In this document: positions 34,154 to 43,647 of the stretch, piece after piece
Layout: every line of letters begins with the position of its first letter
Position numbering within the stretch: position 1 is the stretch's first letter
Origin: an uncultured Clostridia bacterium
Lineage (GTDB): Bacteria > Bacillota > Clostridia > Christensenellales > Borkfalkiaceae
Length of the DNA: 64,000 nt
Assembly (NCBI GenBank): GCA_944346655.1
Contig: CALVMP010000001.1
Coordinates: 2,599-66,598, forward strand
Direction: 5' to 3'
The notes under the pieces: model-generated
What the model was told of the DNA's origin: nothing
Database searches by the model: none
What the model saw: only the letters and a program-made list of their open reading frames with translations
Program-made: the position numbers and the translations under genes

Positions 34154-36196
34154 TTATTTTATAAGGCTCTGTATTACGTTTTCGGGCGCCTGTTCGTAGC
34201 GGTCGAATGTCGCCGTAAACTTGCCTCTGCCCTGGGTCATGGAGCGGAGCGAAGTGGCATAGGTGAGAATTTCCGCCTGGGGCGCGTCCGCGGTTATAAT
34301 CTGCATATCGTCCTTTGCGTCCATTACGATGATCCTGCCGCGGCGCTTGGTTAAATCGCCCAGAACGTCGCCGAGGTATTTTTCGGGCACGGCTATTCTC
34401 ATTTTGCATATGGGCTCTAAAATGGTGGGCTTAGCCGCTTTAAGTCCCTCTTTAAAGGCAATTTCGGCAGCCGCCTTGAACGCCGCCTCGGAGGAGTCTA
34501 CGTCGTGATAGCTTCCGTCGTAGAGCACGGCTTTTATGTTCATGACGGGATATCCCGCAAGCACGCCGTTCGAAAGGCACTCAACAATGCCCTTTTCAAC
34601 GGCGGGTATATACTGCTTGGGCACGGCGCCGCCGACGACCTCTTCGGCAAATTCAAAGGGCTTGTCGCTCGGCTCGAACCTCATCTTGCAGTGACCGTAC
34701 TGGCCGTGTCCGCCCGTCTGTTTTTTATACTTGCCCTCGGCTGTGGCTGTGGCAAGTATCGTCTCGCGGTAGGCAATTTTGGGGGTCTTTAAAACAGCCT
34801 CCGCGCCGAATTTCGATTTAAGCTTTTTAACTATTATGTCAAGGTGAACCTCGCCCTGACCGCCTATGAGCGACTCTCCCGTCTCGCTGTCCTTGGTAAC
34901 GACAAAGCTCTTGTCCTCTTCGGCAAGGCGGTTGAGCCCTGAAAATACTTTGTCCTCCGTGCCCTGAACTTTGGCATAGACCGCCATGTACAGGGTGGGG
35001 CGGGGGAAGGGTATTTCGTCAAACTTGAATTTAACGCCCTCCTCGCAGAGTGTGTCGCCCGTGCCGGTGTTCGTCAGCTTTGCAACGGCTCCTATGTCGC
35101 CCGCAGTCAGCTCTGATACGGGTTCCTGCTTTTTGCCGTTGACAACATAGAGTCCCGCAATGCGCTCCGTAGTGCCCGTGTTGGGATTGTAAAGGGTGGT
35201 GCCGGACTTTAAAACGCCGCTGTTCACCTTTATGTAGTTGAGCTTGCCCACAAAGGGGTCGACGGTCGTTTTGAAAACCTGCGCGGTGACGGGGCCGTCC
35301 TCGGTGCATTCAACGGTCACAACCTTGCCCGTTTCAACGTCGGTTGCCAGAAGGTCCCTTCTCTCGGCTGCTTTGGGAACGTACTTTACAAGCTCGTTCA
35401 TAAGGTTCATAACGCCGCGGTTATTGAGTGCGCTGCCCGCCATGACGGGTATTACGTTCATGTTGGCAATACCCTTTCTTATGCCCTGAATGGTCTCCTC
35501 GCGCGTAAGTCCGCCCACTTCGAAGTACTTTTCCAAAAGCACGTCGTCGTTTTCTGCGGCGGTTTCGATAAGCGCGTTCTCCATCTGGTCGAGCTCTTCC
35601 TTCATGTCGTCGGGGATGGGTATCTCCTCGGGACCCGTCTGACTGAACTTGAACGCCTTCTCGGTCAGGGCGTTTATAATGCCTGTCATCTTGCCGTCCT
35701 TAATTATGGGCAGCTGAATGGGCGCAATCTTGGCGGGGTATGCCTCGCGCAGGGCTTCAACCGTGCCGTGGTAGTCGGCGTTTTCTTTGTCCATGCCGTT
35801 TATAAAAATTACCATCGGCTTTTCCGATTTCATGCAAAGGTTAATAGCCTTTTCCGTTCCCACCGTAACGCCGCCCGTGGGACCCATGACTATAAGCGCG
35901 GCACCGCATGCCCTCATCGCCTCGTTGAGTTCGCCCTCGAAGTCGAGGAATCCGGGCACGTCTAAAATATTAATTTTGGTCTCGCGCCAGTAGGTGTTGG
36001 TCACCGAAAGCGAAATCGACATTTTCCGGGCAATTTCCTCGGGGTCGAAGTCGGAAACGGTAGTGCCGTTGTCCACTCTTCCCATGCGCGAAAGGGAGTG
36101 CCCGTTAAAGAGCATCGCCTCGCACAGCGTAGTTTTGCCCTCGCCGCTGTGACCTATTATCGCAACGTTCCTTATGTCCTTTGCAGAAACAGACAT
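34154..36196 (-). CDS. EF-G paralog (EF-G2 type translational GTPase)
   Basis: G1 is IIGHSGEGKTT, G3 is DVPGFLDF (Phe where EF-G and LepA have His) and G4 is NGMD. The domain II-V layout follows EF-G. Length is 680 aa. Confidence 0.85.
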   Translation of the reverse strand: MSVSAKDIRNVAIIGHSGEGKTTLCEAMLFNGHSLSRMGRVDNGTTVSDFDPEEIARKMSISLSVTNTYWRETKINILDVPGFLDFEGELNEAMRACGAALIVMGPTGGVTVGTEKAINLCMKSEKPMVIFINGMDKENADYHGTVEALREAYPAKIAPIQLPIIKDGKMTGIINALTEKAFKFSQTGPEEIPIPDDMKEELDQMENALIETAAENDDVLLEKYFEVGGLTREETIQGIRKGIANMNVIPVMAGSALNNRGVMNLMNELVKYVPKAAERRDLLATDVETGKVVTVECTEDGPVTAQVFKTTVDPFVGKLNYIKVNSGVLKSGTTLYNPNTGTTERIAGLYVVNGKKQEPVSELTAGDIGAVAKLTNTGTGDTLCEEGVKFKFDEIPFPRPTLYMAVYAKVQGTEDKVFSGLNRLAEEDKSFVVTKDSETGESLIGGQGEVHLDIIVKKLKSKFGAEAVLKTPKIAYRETILATATAEGKYKKQTGGHGQYGHCKMRFEPSDKPFEFAEEVVGGAVPKQYIPAVEKGIVECLSNGVLAGYPVMNIKAVLYDGSYHDVDSSEAAFKAAAEIAFKEGLKAAKPTILEPICKMRIAVPEKYLGDVLGDLTKRRGRIIVMDAKDDMQIITADAPQAEILTYATSLRSMTQGRGKFTATFDRYEQAPENVIQSLIK

Positions 36197-36414
36197 TTTG
36201 TGTTTTTCCTCCTTATACTTTACCTATATTAAAAATATAGCTCATCATATATCCATTATAAAGTAAAACGCGCATAAAATCAATACCCAAATCAAAATTT
36301 TTTGCGAAACGCAAAATGCTGTTTCCGTCAACGGGGCGAGTGTGGCTTAAAAATAATTTACTTTTTGCGAGGTTTTTTATATAATATAGTAAATTAACGC
36401 TCAACGGAAAATAT

Positions 36415-38223
36415 ATGAAAAAACCAAACCAGCATATACGCAACTTTTGCATAATCGCCCATATCGACCACGGAAAGAGCACCCTCGCCGACAGGCTGAT
36501 AGAGATGACCGGTCAGGTCTCCAAGCGCGACATGGAGGAACAGCTTCTGGACTCCATGGACATCGAGAGGGAGAGGGGCATAACCATAAAGCTCACCCCC
36601 GTCAGAATGTTCTACACTGCCTCCGACGGCGAGGAGTACATCTTCAACCTCATCGACACCCCGGGCCACGTCGACTTCACCTACGAAGTCTCCCGCTCTT
36701 TGGCGGCATGCGAGGGAGCCATTTTAGTCGTCGACGCCTCCCAGGGCATTGAGGCGCAGACTTTGGCAAACGTCTATTTAGCGCTTGAAAACAACCTCGA
36801 AATTCTGCCCGTCGTCAACAAAATAGACCTCCCCTCCGCCCGTCCCGACGAGGCGAAAAAGGAGATCGAGGAGGTCATAGGGCTCGACGCGTCCTACGCT
36901 CCCTTAGTTTCGGCAAAGGAGGGCACAAACATAGGCGAGGTGCTCGAGGACATAATAAAGTATTTCCCCGCCCCTTCCGGCGACGAGGACGCGCCCCTGC
37001 GTGCGCTCATATTCGACAGCTATTACGACAACTACAAGGGCGTAATCTTATTCGTGCGCGTAAAGGACGGCAAAGTCAACGTCGGCGACAAGATTAAGGG
37101 GGTCCGCTCGGACAAGGTATACGACGTCGTCGAAGTGGGGGTGTTCGCCCCGCACATGTCCCCCAAGAACGGACTGTTCGCGGGCGAAGTCGGCTATATC
37201 GCAGCTTCCATAAAATCCATTCAGGACGTCGCCGTCGGCGACACGGTGATAAATGCCGAAAATCCAGCCGCTGAACCTCTGCCCGGTTATAAAAAGGTGC
37301 AGTCGGTCGTGTTCTGCGGAATCTATCCCCTCGACGGCTCCAAGTTCAACGACTTAAAGGAGGCTCTCCTAAAGCTCCAGTTGAACGACGCCTCTTTAAT
37401 CTTCGAACCCGACACCTCGGTCGCGCTCGGCTTCGGCTTCCGCTGCGGCTTTTTGGGACTTCTTCACATGGAGATAATACAGGAGAGGATCGAGCGCGAG
37501 TTCGGGCTGGACATAATAACCACCGCCCCCTCGGTAAGCTACAAGGTGATAAAGACGGACGGCGAGGAGCTGTTTGTCGACAATCCCTCCCATCTTCCTC
37601 CGCAGTCGGAGATAGATTATATGGAGGAGCCCATCGTCAAGTGCGACATATACTCCCCGCCCGACTACCTCGGAGCTATAATGGACCTGTGCCGGGACAA
37701 GAGGGGGGTGTTCATTGAGATGAACTATCTCGACGCCAACCGCGTCCAGCTGATATACAGACTGCCGTTAAACGAAATAATCTTCGATTTCTTCGACCAG
37801 ATAAAGTCGCGCACGCGCGGCTATGCCAGCTTCGACTACGAACTTGAGGGCTACGAGCGCAGCAAGCTTGTAAAGCTCGACATTCTTTTAAACGGCGAGG
37901 TGTGCGACGCGCTCTCCATGATAGTGCACGAGGACTCCGCCTACGCCCGCGGCAGAACGCTTTGCGAAAATTTAAAGGAAGCTATTCCCCGCCAGCTCTT
38001 CGAGGTGCCCGTGCAGGCTGCGATCGGCGGCAAGATAATCGCCCGCGAAACGGTTAAAGCCGTCAGAAAGGACGTGCTTGCCAAGTGCTACGGCGGCGAC
38101 ATAACCCGCAAGAAAAAACTTTTGGAAAAGCAGAAAGAGGGCAAAAAGCGCATGCGCTCCATAGGCTCCGTAGAGGTGCCTTCGGAGGTGTTCATGCAGA
38201 TACTTAAGACAAACAAAGACTAA
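36415..38223 (+). CDS. lepA: translation elongation factor 4
   Basis: Contains [29 protein letters not shown] and NKIDLP. The LepA-specific C-terminus contains [11 protein letters not shown]. Confidence 0.95.
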   Translation: MKKPNQHIRNFCIIAHIDHGKSTLADRLIEMTGQVSKRDMEEQLLDSMDIERERGITIKLTPVRMFYTASDGEEYIFNLIDTPGHVDFTYEVSRSLAACEGAILVVDASQGIEAQTLANVYLALENNLEILPVVNKIDLPSARPDEAKKEIEEVIGLDASYAPLVSAKEGTNIGEVLEDIIKYFPAPSGDEDAPLRALIFDSYYDNYKGVILFVRVKDGKVNVGDKIKGVRSDKVYDVVEVGVFAPHMSPKNGLFAGEVGYIAASIKSIQDVAVGDTVINAENPAAEPLPGYKKVQSVVFCGIYPLDGSKFNDLKEALLKLQLNDASLIFEPDTSVALGFGFRCGFLGLLHMEIIQERIEREFGLDIITTAPSVSYKVIKTDGEELFVDNPSHLPPQSEIDYMEEPIVKCDIYSPPDYLGAIMDLCRDKRGVFIEMNYLDANRVQLIYRLPLNEIIFDFFDQIKSRTRGYASFDYELEGYERSKLVKLDILLNGEVCDALSMIVHEDSAYARGRTLCENLKEAIPRQLFEVPVQAAIGGKIIARETVKAVRKDVLAKCYGGDITRKKKLLEKQKEGKKRMRSIGSVEVPSEVFMQILKTNKD

Positions 38224-38307
38224 CGTTTTTTTGAATAAAATTTGCGCCGTGATATTTTGCCGCACGGCTGATAATTGAAATGCGAATTTAATTGACTCAA
38301 GCATACT

Positions 38308-38631
38308 GTGGGGGTAATTGTTGTGGACGAGGGCTTTTTTGACAGAGTATATAAAATAGTTTGCTCCATTCCGCGAGGCAAAGTGCTCTCTTACGGCGAC
38401 GTTGCCAGGCTTGCGGGCAATCCCAAAATGAGCCGTCAGGTCGGCTGGGCGCTGCATTCCAACCCCCGCCCCGGTGAGATCCCCTGCCACAGGGTGGTAT
38501 TTAAAAACGGCTCGGTGTGCACGGGCTTTGCCTTCGGCGGCCCCGAGGTTCAGATTGCCCTCCTCGAAGCCGAAGGGGTAGAGATAAACGATATGAAAAT
38601 AGATATGAAAAAATTCAGGTGGAATCTATAA
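38308..38631 (+). CDS. MGMT-family protein (DNA-binding / methyltransferase C-terminal domain only)
   Basis: Contains [26 protein letters not shown] and PCHRVV, so the active-site Cys is present. Start is GTG at 38308 or possibly 38323. Confidence 0.75.
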   Translation: MGVIVVDEGFFDRVYKIVCSIPRGKVLSYGDVARLAGNPKMSRQVGWALHSNPRPGEIPCHRVVFKNGSVCTGFAFGGPEVQIALLEAEGVEINDMKIDMKKFRWNL

Positions 38632-39743
38632 TGGCGGGAATATACGTACATATACCCTTTTGCAGGCAGAAGTGCCGCTACTGCGACTTTGCCTCCTTCC
38701 CCGACAAAATAGGCTTTGCCGAAAGCTATATGGCTTGCGTCTACCGCGAAATGGCTATGCGCTCTCCCGAGCTCAAAGATTACTCCTTCGACACGCTGTA
38801 CATAGGGGGCGGCACGCCCTCGGTTATCGATGAAAGTTATATTGCCATGCTTGTCGCGGCGGCTAAAAAGAACTTCAACCTTGCAAAGAATGCAGAAATC
38901 ACCATAGAGCTAAACCCCGGCACCGTCTCGGCTTCGAAGATTGATCTCTATAAAAAGGTAGGTATCAACCGTTTTTCCGTCGGGCTTCAGACGGCGAACG
39001 ACAAGCTGCTTGCCGACCTTGGCAGAATTCATACTTTAAACCAGTTCATAACCTGCGCCAAACTGTTAAAGGGTCAGAACTTCTCCGTCGACATAATGAT
39101 AGGCTTAAAGGGTCAGTCGCTCGAGGATATATCGCAGGCAATCGAAGTCGCCGCGGCGTTCGGAGCCTCGCACATATCAATGTATGCCCTTACCCCCGAG
39201 GACGGCACGCCGATTTATACCGACTATTTAAACGGCGAACTTCCCGACAGCGACGAGGTAGCCGAACAATACGCCTTCGGCGTAAAAAAACTCAAAGAAC
39301 TGGGGTTTGAAAGGTACGAAGTTTCGAACTTCTGCAAAAAGGGCAAGGAGAGCCGCCACAACCTCAACTATTGGAGACGGGGCGAGTACATAGGCTTCGG
39401 CGTTTCGGCGTCCAGCCACATAAAAAACGTGCGCTTCACCAACACCTTCGACCTCGACGAATACTTCAAATGCATAATCTCCAACCACTTTGCCGTCATC
39501 GACCGCACGGAAATTTCTTTCGATGAGCAGAAGGACGAATACGTCATGCTCGCCCTGCGCACGACGGCTGGAGTGGATACTGCGGAGTATGAGCGCCTCT
39601 TCAAAGTGCCGTTCGCCCGTGAATATGCCCCGGCTATCAAAAAATATGAAGCTTACCTCGATATCGCGGACGGAAGGGTGCGCATAAAGGACGAATACCT
39701 CTTTGTGCAGAACACCATAATAATTGACTTTCTCGAAACTTAA
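38631..39743 (+). CDS. hemW: radical SAM heme chaperone HemW (HemN-like, oxygen-independent coproporphyrinogen oxidase family)
   Basis: Starts [20 protein letters not shown] (CxxxCxxC). Shows the conserved lepA-hemW synteny. The ATG overlaps the upstream stop (TAATG). Confidence 0.88.
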   Translation: MAGIYVHIPFCRQKCRYCDFASFPDKIGFAESYMACVYREMAMRSPELKDYSFDTLYIGGGTPSVIDESYIAMLVAAAKKNFNLAKNAEITIELNPGTVSASKIDLYKKVGINRFSVGLQTANDKLLADLGRIHTLNQFITCAKLLKGQNFSVDIMIGLKGQSLEDISQAIEVAAAFGASHISMYALTPEDGTPIYTDYLNGELPDSDEVAEQYAFGVKKLKELGFERYEVSNFCKKGKESRHNLNYWRRGEYIGFGVSASSHIKNVRFTNTFDLDEYFKCIISNHFAVIDRTEISFDEQKDEYVMLALRTTAGVDTAEYERLFKVPFAREYAPAIKKYEAYLDIADGRVRIKDEYLFVQNTIIIDFLET

Positions 39744-39744
39744 A

Positions 39745-39767
39745 GCCCCGCGTTTTCGGCGCGGGGC
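39745..39767 (+). terminator. hairpin after hemW (no clear U-tract)
   Basis: Stem GCCCCGCG / CGCGGGGC with a 7-nt loop. Confidence 0.4.
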
Positions 39768-39782
39768 GGAAATGAATAATTT

Positions 39783-40043
39783 TAGAGAATAGGGGATAGA
39801 GAATAGGGTATAATTCTGCGGCGGAGCCGCACGGCATCTCACCACAATGCAGGCGAAGCCTGCAATTCATGTTGCCGTTGACAAAGTAAATTGTAAAGAG
39901 GAGCCCAAGGCAACAATTCATGTGCGCTCGCGCACAATTCATGCACGAAGTGCAATTCATCGGGTTTCCGTCCAAGCCGCCCGCTACAAGACGAGTTTGG
40001 CATATGAACCCAATTCCCTAACCCCTAATCTCTAACCCCTAAC
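39783..40043. repeat. MITE-like intergenic element C bounded by inverted heptad-repeat arrays, with four hairpin+AATTCAT units inside
   Basis: Left array TAGAGAA TAGGGGA TAGAGAA TAGGGTA at 39783-39810. Right array on the minus strand TTAGGGG TTAGAGA TTAGGGG TTAGGGA at 40042-40015. AATTCAT occurs at 39864, 39915, 39936 and 39954. Confidence 0.75.
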
Positions 40044-40049
40044 AACTAA

Positions 40050-40697
40050 TTACAACTTTCTCTCTGCTATAACGTTTGCCGTTTCCCCGTCCACAAGATA
40101 TGCGTATGTATTGCCCTCCCTGTCGGTAACGCCCACGTAGTAGTAGCACTTTCCCTCGTCGGCAATCAGCCTCACATAAATTTCCCCCTCGAAGTTGTTG
40201 CCGTTCGTAAGGGATAAAAAGGTGTCGCCGTCGTACTGCCTCGCACTCTCTAAGGCTTCGGGTATGGAAATAACGCCGTCGTACTTCGCCCTTTCAAGGG
40301 TGTAGTTGTGCTCCCCGCCGCCGTAGGTCAGGCAAAGTATTGGGGCTTCGCCCAATTCCCCGCCCGTAAAGCTTAAATAGTAGCTGTCGGTTACCGACAT
40401 ATAGCTCATTTCGCCGCCCTGCCCGCCGAGCTCGGCTCCGACGCTTTCGGGGCTCTCTTTAAATTTAACAAAAATCTCTGTTACGTCGCACATATCCCCG
40501 CAGTAACCGTCCGAAAGATAGGGCGTTTCGCGTTCGCATATGTGCACTTTTACATCTATATTGTCGTCGCCGTAAAGGTAAATTTCGCTCCGCTTTTCCG
40601 AGATGAACGAGTTGTAGTCCGTCTCCTTTGAACATCCCGCAAAAAAAGTAAAAATTGCAGCAGCGCCCAAAATCAGGCAAAAAACAAATTTCTTCAT
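40050..40697 (-). CDS. lipoprotein, function unknown
   Basis: Signal peptide with lipobox: MKKFVFCLILGAAAIFTFFAGC-SKE. Confidence 0.75.
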   Translation of the reverse strand: MKKFVFCLILGAAAIFTFFAGCSKETDYNSFISEKRSEIYLYGDDNIDVKVHICERETPYLSDGYCGDMCDVTEIFVKFKESPESVGAELGGQGGEMSYMSVTDSYYLSFTGGELGEAPILCLTYGGGEHNYTLERAKYDGVISIPEALESARQYDGDTFLSLTNGNNFEGEIYVRLIADEGKCYYYVGVTDREGNTYAYLVDGETANVIAERKL

Positions 40698-40754
40698 ATT
40701 AAAAGATAATTCGCGCGACCTTTAATATATTCCTGTAACTGCAAATTTTTTTTG

Positions 40755-40783
40755 TTGCATTTTATCTTACGGTGTGTTAAAAT
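40755..40783 (+). promoter_or_regulatory. promoter (TTGCAT-17-TAAAAT, TGn extended -10)
   Basis: TTGCAT at 40755-40760, a spacer ending in TGT, then TAAAAT at 40778-40783. Confidence 0.55.
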
Positions 40784-40839
40784 CTTAAGTAGTATATTAT
40801 AGTGCGCGCGCAAAAGCGGGGCGCCGCGGCGGTCAGGGC

Positions 40840-41445
40840 TTGAAAAAATTTATTATTAAGACTGCGGTCAAAACCTTTTTAATATGCCTTCTTGTGTTGG
40901 TTGTCGGCTTTGTCGGCTTCAATTTTCTCTGCCCCCAGCACATGGCTACATACTGCGAACGCCTCGGAAATTACCGCATGGCGGTAAACTACGCCGCCCT
41001 CCGCTATACCTACACGGACGACACCTACGACCTTGCCCGCTGCTTTGAGGATTCAATTTTAACTGGCGATGACGAACTCATCGTGCGCTACGGCGACGAG
41101 TTCATCGGTAAGGACGACTGGGTGCTCGTCACATTCGATATGACCGTCTCGTCGGGCGTGGACTATTATACTTTCTTCGGCGGACAGCTCGTAAAGTCAA
41201 GATACGACACGGGCAATTTTGCCTCGGCGTTGGAGCTCGCCGTCTATCTCAACATTCCCGAGGGCTCCTTTGCAATGTCCTGCCCGCTGATGTCCCTTTC
41301 GGCTTCGGTTATCGGCAGACAGGACAGGGAAAACGCCCCCGCGCTTTTAGAGGTTCTGCAAAGCCTCTCCCCCGATCCCAAAGATACCGACGAGGTTGAG
41401 GCGCTCGAAGATTTCATAAAGCGCGTAAAAAACTTAACCGTGTAA
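40840..41445 (+). CDS. membrane-anchored hypothetical protein
   Basis: TTG start. The N-terminal anchor is MKKFIIKTAVKTFLICLLVLVVGFVGFNF. No family recognised and the SD is weak. Confidence 0.6.
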   Translation: MKKFIIKTAVKTFLICLLVLVVGFVGFNFLCPQHMATYCERLGNYRMAVNYAALRYTYTDDTYDLARCFEDSILTGDDELIVRYGDEFIGKDDWVLVTFDMTVSSGVDYYTFFGGQLVKSRYDTGNFASALELAVYLNIPEGSFAMSCPLMSLSASVIGRQDRENAPALLEVLQSLSPDPKDTDEVEALEDFIKRVKNLTV

Positions 41446-41495
41446 AAATCCCCGCCGCTTTCGCGGCGTAAAAATTTTTAAAAGGAAATATATTT

Positions 41496-43028
41496 ATGCA
41501 GCACCAAAGAGTACTCATTTTAGATTTCGGCGGACAGTACAACCAGCTCATTGCCCGCAGGGTGAGGGAATTAAACGTATTTTGTGACCTTCTTCCCTCT
41601 GACATGTCGTTGGAGAAGATAAAGGAATACGGCCCTATAGGCATAATCTTCACCGGCGGTCCCAACTCCGTGTACGACGAAGGCTCGCCCAAGATAGATA
41701 AGGGCGTGTTCGATCTCGGCGTGCCCGTTCTCGGCATCTGCTACGGCTGCCAGCTCATGGCATATACTCTCGGCGGCACGGTCGAAAGAGCTTCAACTTC
41801 CGAATACGGCAAGGCAGAGGTTACTTACGTCTCCTCCCGCCTGACCGTCGACATGCCCTCCGAGGCTGTCTGCTGGATGAGTCATACCGACAGAATAACA
41901 AAGCTCCCCGAAGGTTTTAAAATGCTTGCCAAGAGTGATAACTGCCCCTATGCCGCATTCGGCGACGAGGAGAGGAAGCTCTACGGCGTTCAGTTCCACC
42001 CCGAGGTCAACCACACCTTCAAGGGTACGCAGATTCTTAAAAACTTTCTCTACAGTATCTGCGGAGCACGGGGCGACTGGACCATGTCCAACTTCGTCGT
42101 AAACCAGATAGCCGCGCTCAAGGCAAAAATCGGCGATAAAAAGGTGCTGTGCGCAATGTCGGGCGGCGTCGATTCCGCGGTTGCGGCAACGCTCATTCAT
42201 AAAGCCGTCGGCGACCAGCTCACCTGCGTGTTTGTCGACCACGGGCTTCTCAGAAAGTACGAAGCCGACGAAGTCATGTCGGTGTTTAAGGACAAGCTCG
42301 GCATGAACCTCATAAAGGCGGACGACGGAGCGATTTTCCTTGAAAAGCTCAAGGGCGTTTCCGACCCCGAAACCAAGAGAAAGATAATCGGCGAGCAGTT
42401 CATCCGCTCGTTCGAAAAGCAGGCAAAGGCGATTGGCAAAGTCGACTTTCTCGTCCAGGGTACAATCTATCCCGACGTAATCGAAAGCGGCAAGGGCAAA
42501 TCCGCCGTCATAAAATCCCACCACAACGTGGGCGGGCTTCCTTCGGTCGTCGACTTCAAGGAGATAATCGAACCCTTGCGCGACCTGTTTAAGGACGAAG
42601 TCAGAAAAGTAGGCTTCGAACTCGGGCTGCCCAAAAACGTAGTAATGCGCCAGCCCTTCCCCGGACCCGGGCTCGCCATAAGAATAATGGGCGAAGTCAC
42701 CGAAGAAAAGCTTGAAACTTTAAGGGACTCCGACTATATCTTAAGGGACGAAATCGCAAAGGCGGGGCTGGACGGCGAAATCTGGCAGTACTTCACGGTA
42801 ATCACCAACTCCAAAACGGTGGGCGTGCAGGGTGACTTCAGAACATACGAAAACGTAATCGCCATCCGCGCCGTAACCTCTCTCGACGCCATGACGGCAG
42901 ACTGGGCGCGTATTCCCTACGACGTGCTCGAAAAAATTTCCACCCGCATAGTCAACGAGGTAAAACACGCAAATCGCGTTGTGTACGATATAACCTCTAA
43001 ACCCCCCGCAACTATAGAGTGGGAGTGA
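41496..43028 (+). CDS. guaA: GMP synthase (glutamine-hydrolysing)
   Basis: The GATase part contains [18 protein letters not shown] and CYGCQ. The ATP-PPase motif SGGVDSAV is present. The C-terminus ends PPATIEWE. Confidence 0.96.
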   Translation: MQHQRVLILDFGGQYNQLIARRVRELNVFCDLLPSDMSLEKIKEYGPIGIIFTGGPNSVYDEGSPKIDKGVFDLGVPVLGICYGCQLMAYTLGGTVERASTSEYGKAEVTYVSSRLTVDMPSEAVCWMSHTDRITKLPEGFKMLAKSDNCPYAAFGDEERKLYGVQFHPEVNHTFKGTQILKNFLYSICGARGDWTMSNFVVNQIAALKAKIGDKKVLCAMSGGVDSAVAATLIHKAVGDQLTCVFVDHGLLRKYEADEVMSVFKDKLGMNLIKADDGAIFLEKLKGVSDPETKRKIIGEQFIRSFEKQAKAIGKVDFLVQGTIYPDVIESGKGKSAVIKSHHNVGGLPSVVDFKEIIEPLRDLFKDEVRKVGFELGLPKNVVMRQPFPGPGLAIRIMGEVTEEKLETLRDSDYILRDEIAKAGLDGEIWQYFTVITNSKTVGVQGDFRTYENVIAIRAVTSLDAMTADWARIPYDVLEKISTRIVNEVKHANRVVYDITSKPPATIEWE

Positions 43029-43207
43029 TTTTGCGACACGCAAAATCAACTATGATTGTTGCGCAGTAACAATCATATCATAACGTTGCCGCTTTGCGGC
43101 AACTTATAACTGTAAACATTTTGCCTTGGCAAAATTCAAAACTAAAAGTCAGTCTTTGTTTCATTGATGTTATATTCTGCGCAACAAGTTATGATTGCCT
43201 TCGGCAA
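43027..43207. repeat. stack of five perfect short hairpins between guaA and the four-helix-bundle gene
   Basis: The hairpins lie at 43027-43047 (9 bp), 43051-43077 (10 bp), 43085-43103 (7 bp), 43118-43135 (8 bp) and 43195-43207 (5 bp). In addition, TATGATTGTTGCGCAG at 43051-43066 has a partial inverted copy (CTGCGCAACA, 10 nt) at 43177-43186. Confidence 0.7.
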
Positions 43208-43222
43208 ACTGTGGTAAAAAAA

Positions 43223-43567
43223 ATGTCAGAAAGTCAATTAAGGGATTTGTCAAAGGAGTTTGCCAAAGATATAATAAAACTTTGTCGCGAGCTTAAAAGC
43301 AATGTCGAGGGCGCTCTGTTGAGCCAATTATTGCGCTGCGGCACCTCCATAGGCGCAAACATTTACGAGGCGCAGTATGCCCAGGGCAAGAGGGATTTTA
43401 TCTCGAAGTTTGAAATTGCCCTCAAAGAATGCAACGAGTGCGATTATTGGTTGCAACTGCTGTATGAAACGGACAGCTTAGCTGAAGAAAAATATACGGC
43501 TTTTCGAAAAAATTGTATCAATCTTCGGCGAATGTTGGTATCATCGGTCAATACACTAAAAAAATAA
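43223..43567 (+). CDS. four-helix-bundle protein (23S rRNA intervening-sequence protein / Avd-like family)
   Basis: Contains LSKEFAKDIIKLCRELK and GTSIGANIYEAQYAQGKRDFISKFEIALKECNECDYWLQLL. The DNA is visibly AT-rich relative to its neighbours. Start is ATG 43223. Confidence 0.8.
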   Translation: MSESQLRDLSKEFAKDIIKLCRELKSNVEGALLSQLLRCGTSIGANIYEAQYAQGKRDFISKFEIALKECNECDYWLQLLYETDSLAEEKYTAFRKNCINLRRMLVSSVNTLKK

Positions 43568-43647
43568 CGCTGTGTTTGCCGGACCGCGCCCCGCGCTGAG
43601 GTAATAAGGTAAAGTTAATTCCTTACTTGTAAGGAGAAAAACAATAA

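Noticed and set aside
38517-38630. Upstream start for hemW (ORF-track start at 38517).
   Set aside because: It overlaps the MGMT-family gene. The radical-SAM protein family begins at [11 protein letters not shown] (ATG 38631).
39228-39845. 205-aa minus-strand ORF.
   Set aside because: It is antisense to hemW and runs into repeat block C.
39838-39960. Possible CRISPR array, suggested by regularly spaced short repeats.
   Set aside because: The constant unit is only 7 nt. The intervening segments are themselves palindromes of 11-44 nt. No cas genes are present. This does not fit CRISPR architecture.
39637-39975. 112-aa minus-strand ORF with reiterated MNC tripeptides.
   Set aside because: It is an artefact of the ATGAATTG + hairpin units of repeat block C read on the minus strand.
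41793-42524. 243-aa minus-strand ORF.
   Set aside because: It is antisense to guaA, whose identity is unambiguous.
43094-43222. N-terminal 43-codon extension of the four-helix-bundle ORF in the ORF track.
   Set aside because: The extension runs through the hairpin stack and encodes a Cys/Phe-rich, non-helical sequence. The family-typical sequence begins at ATG 43223.
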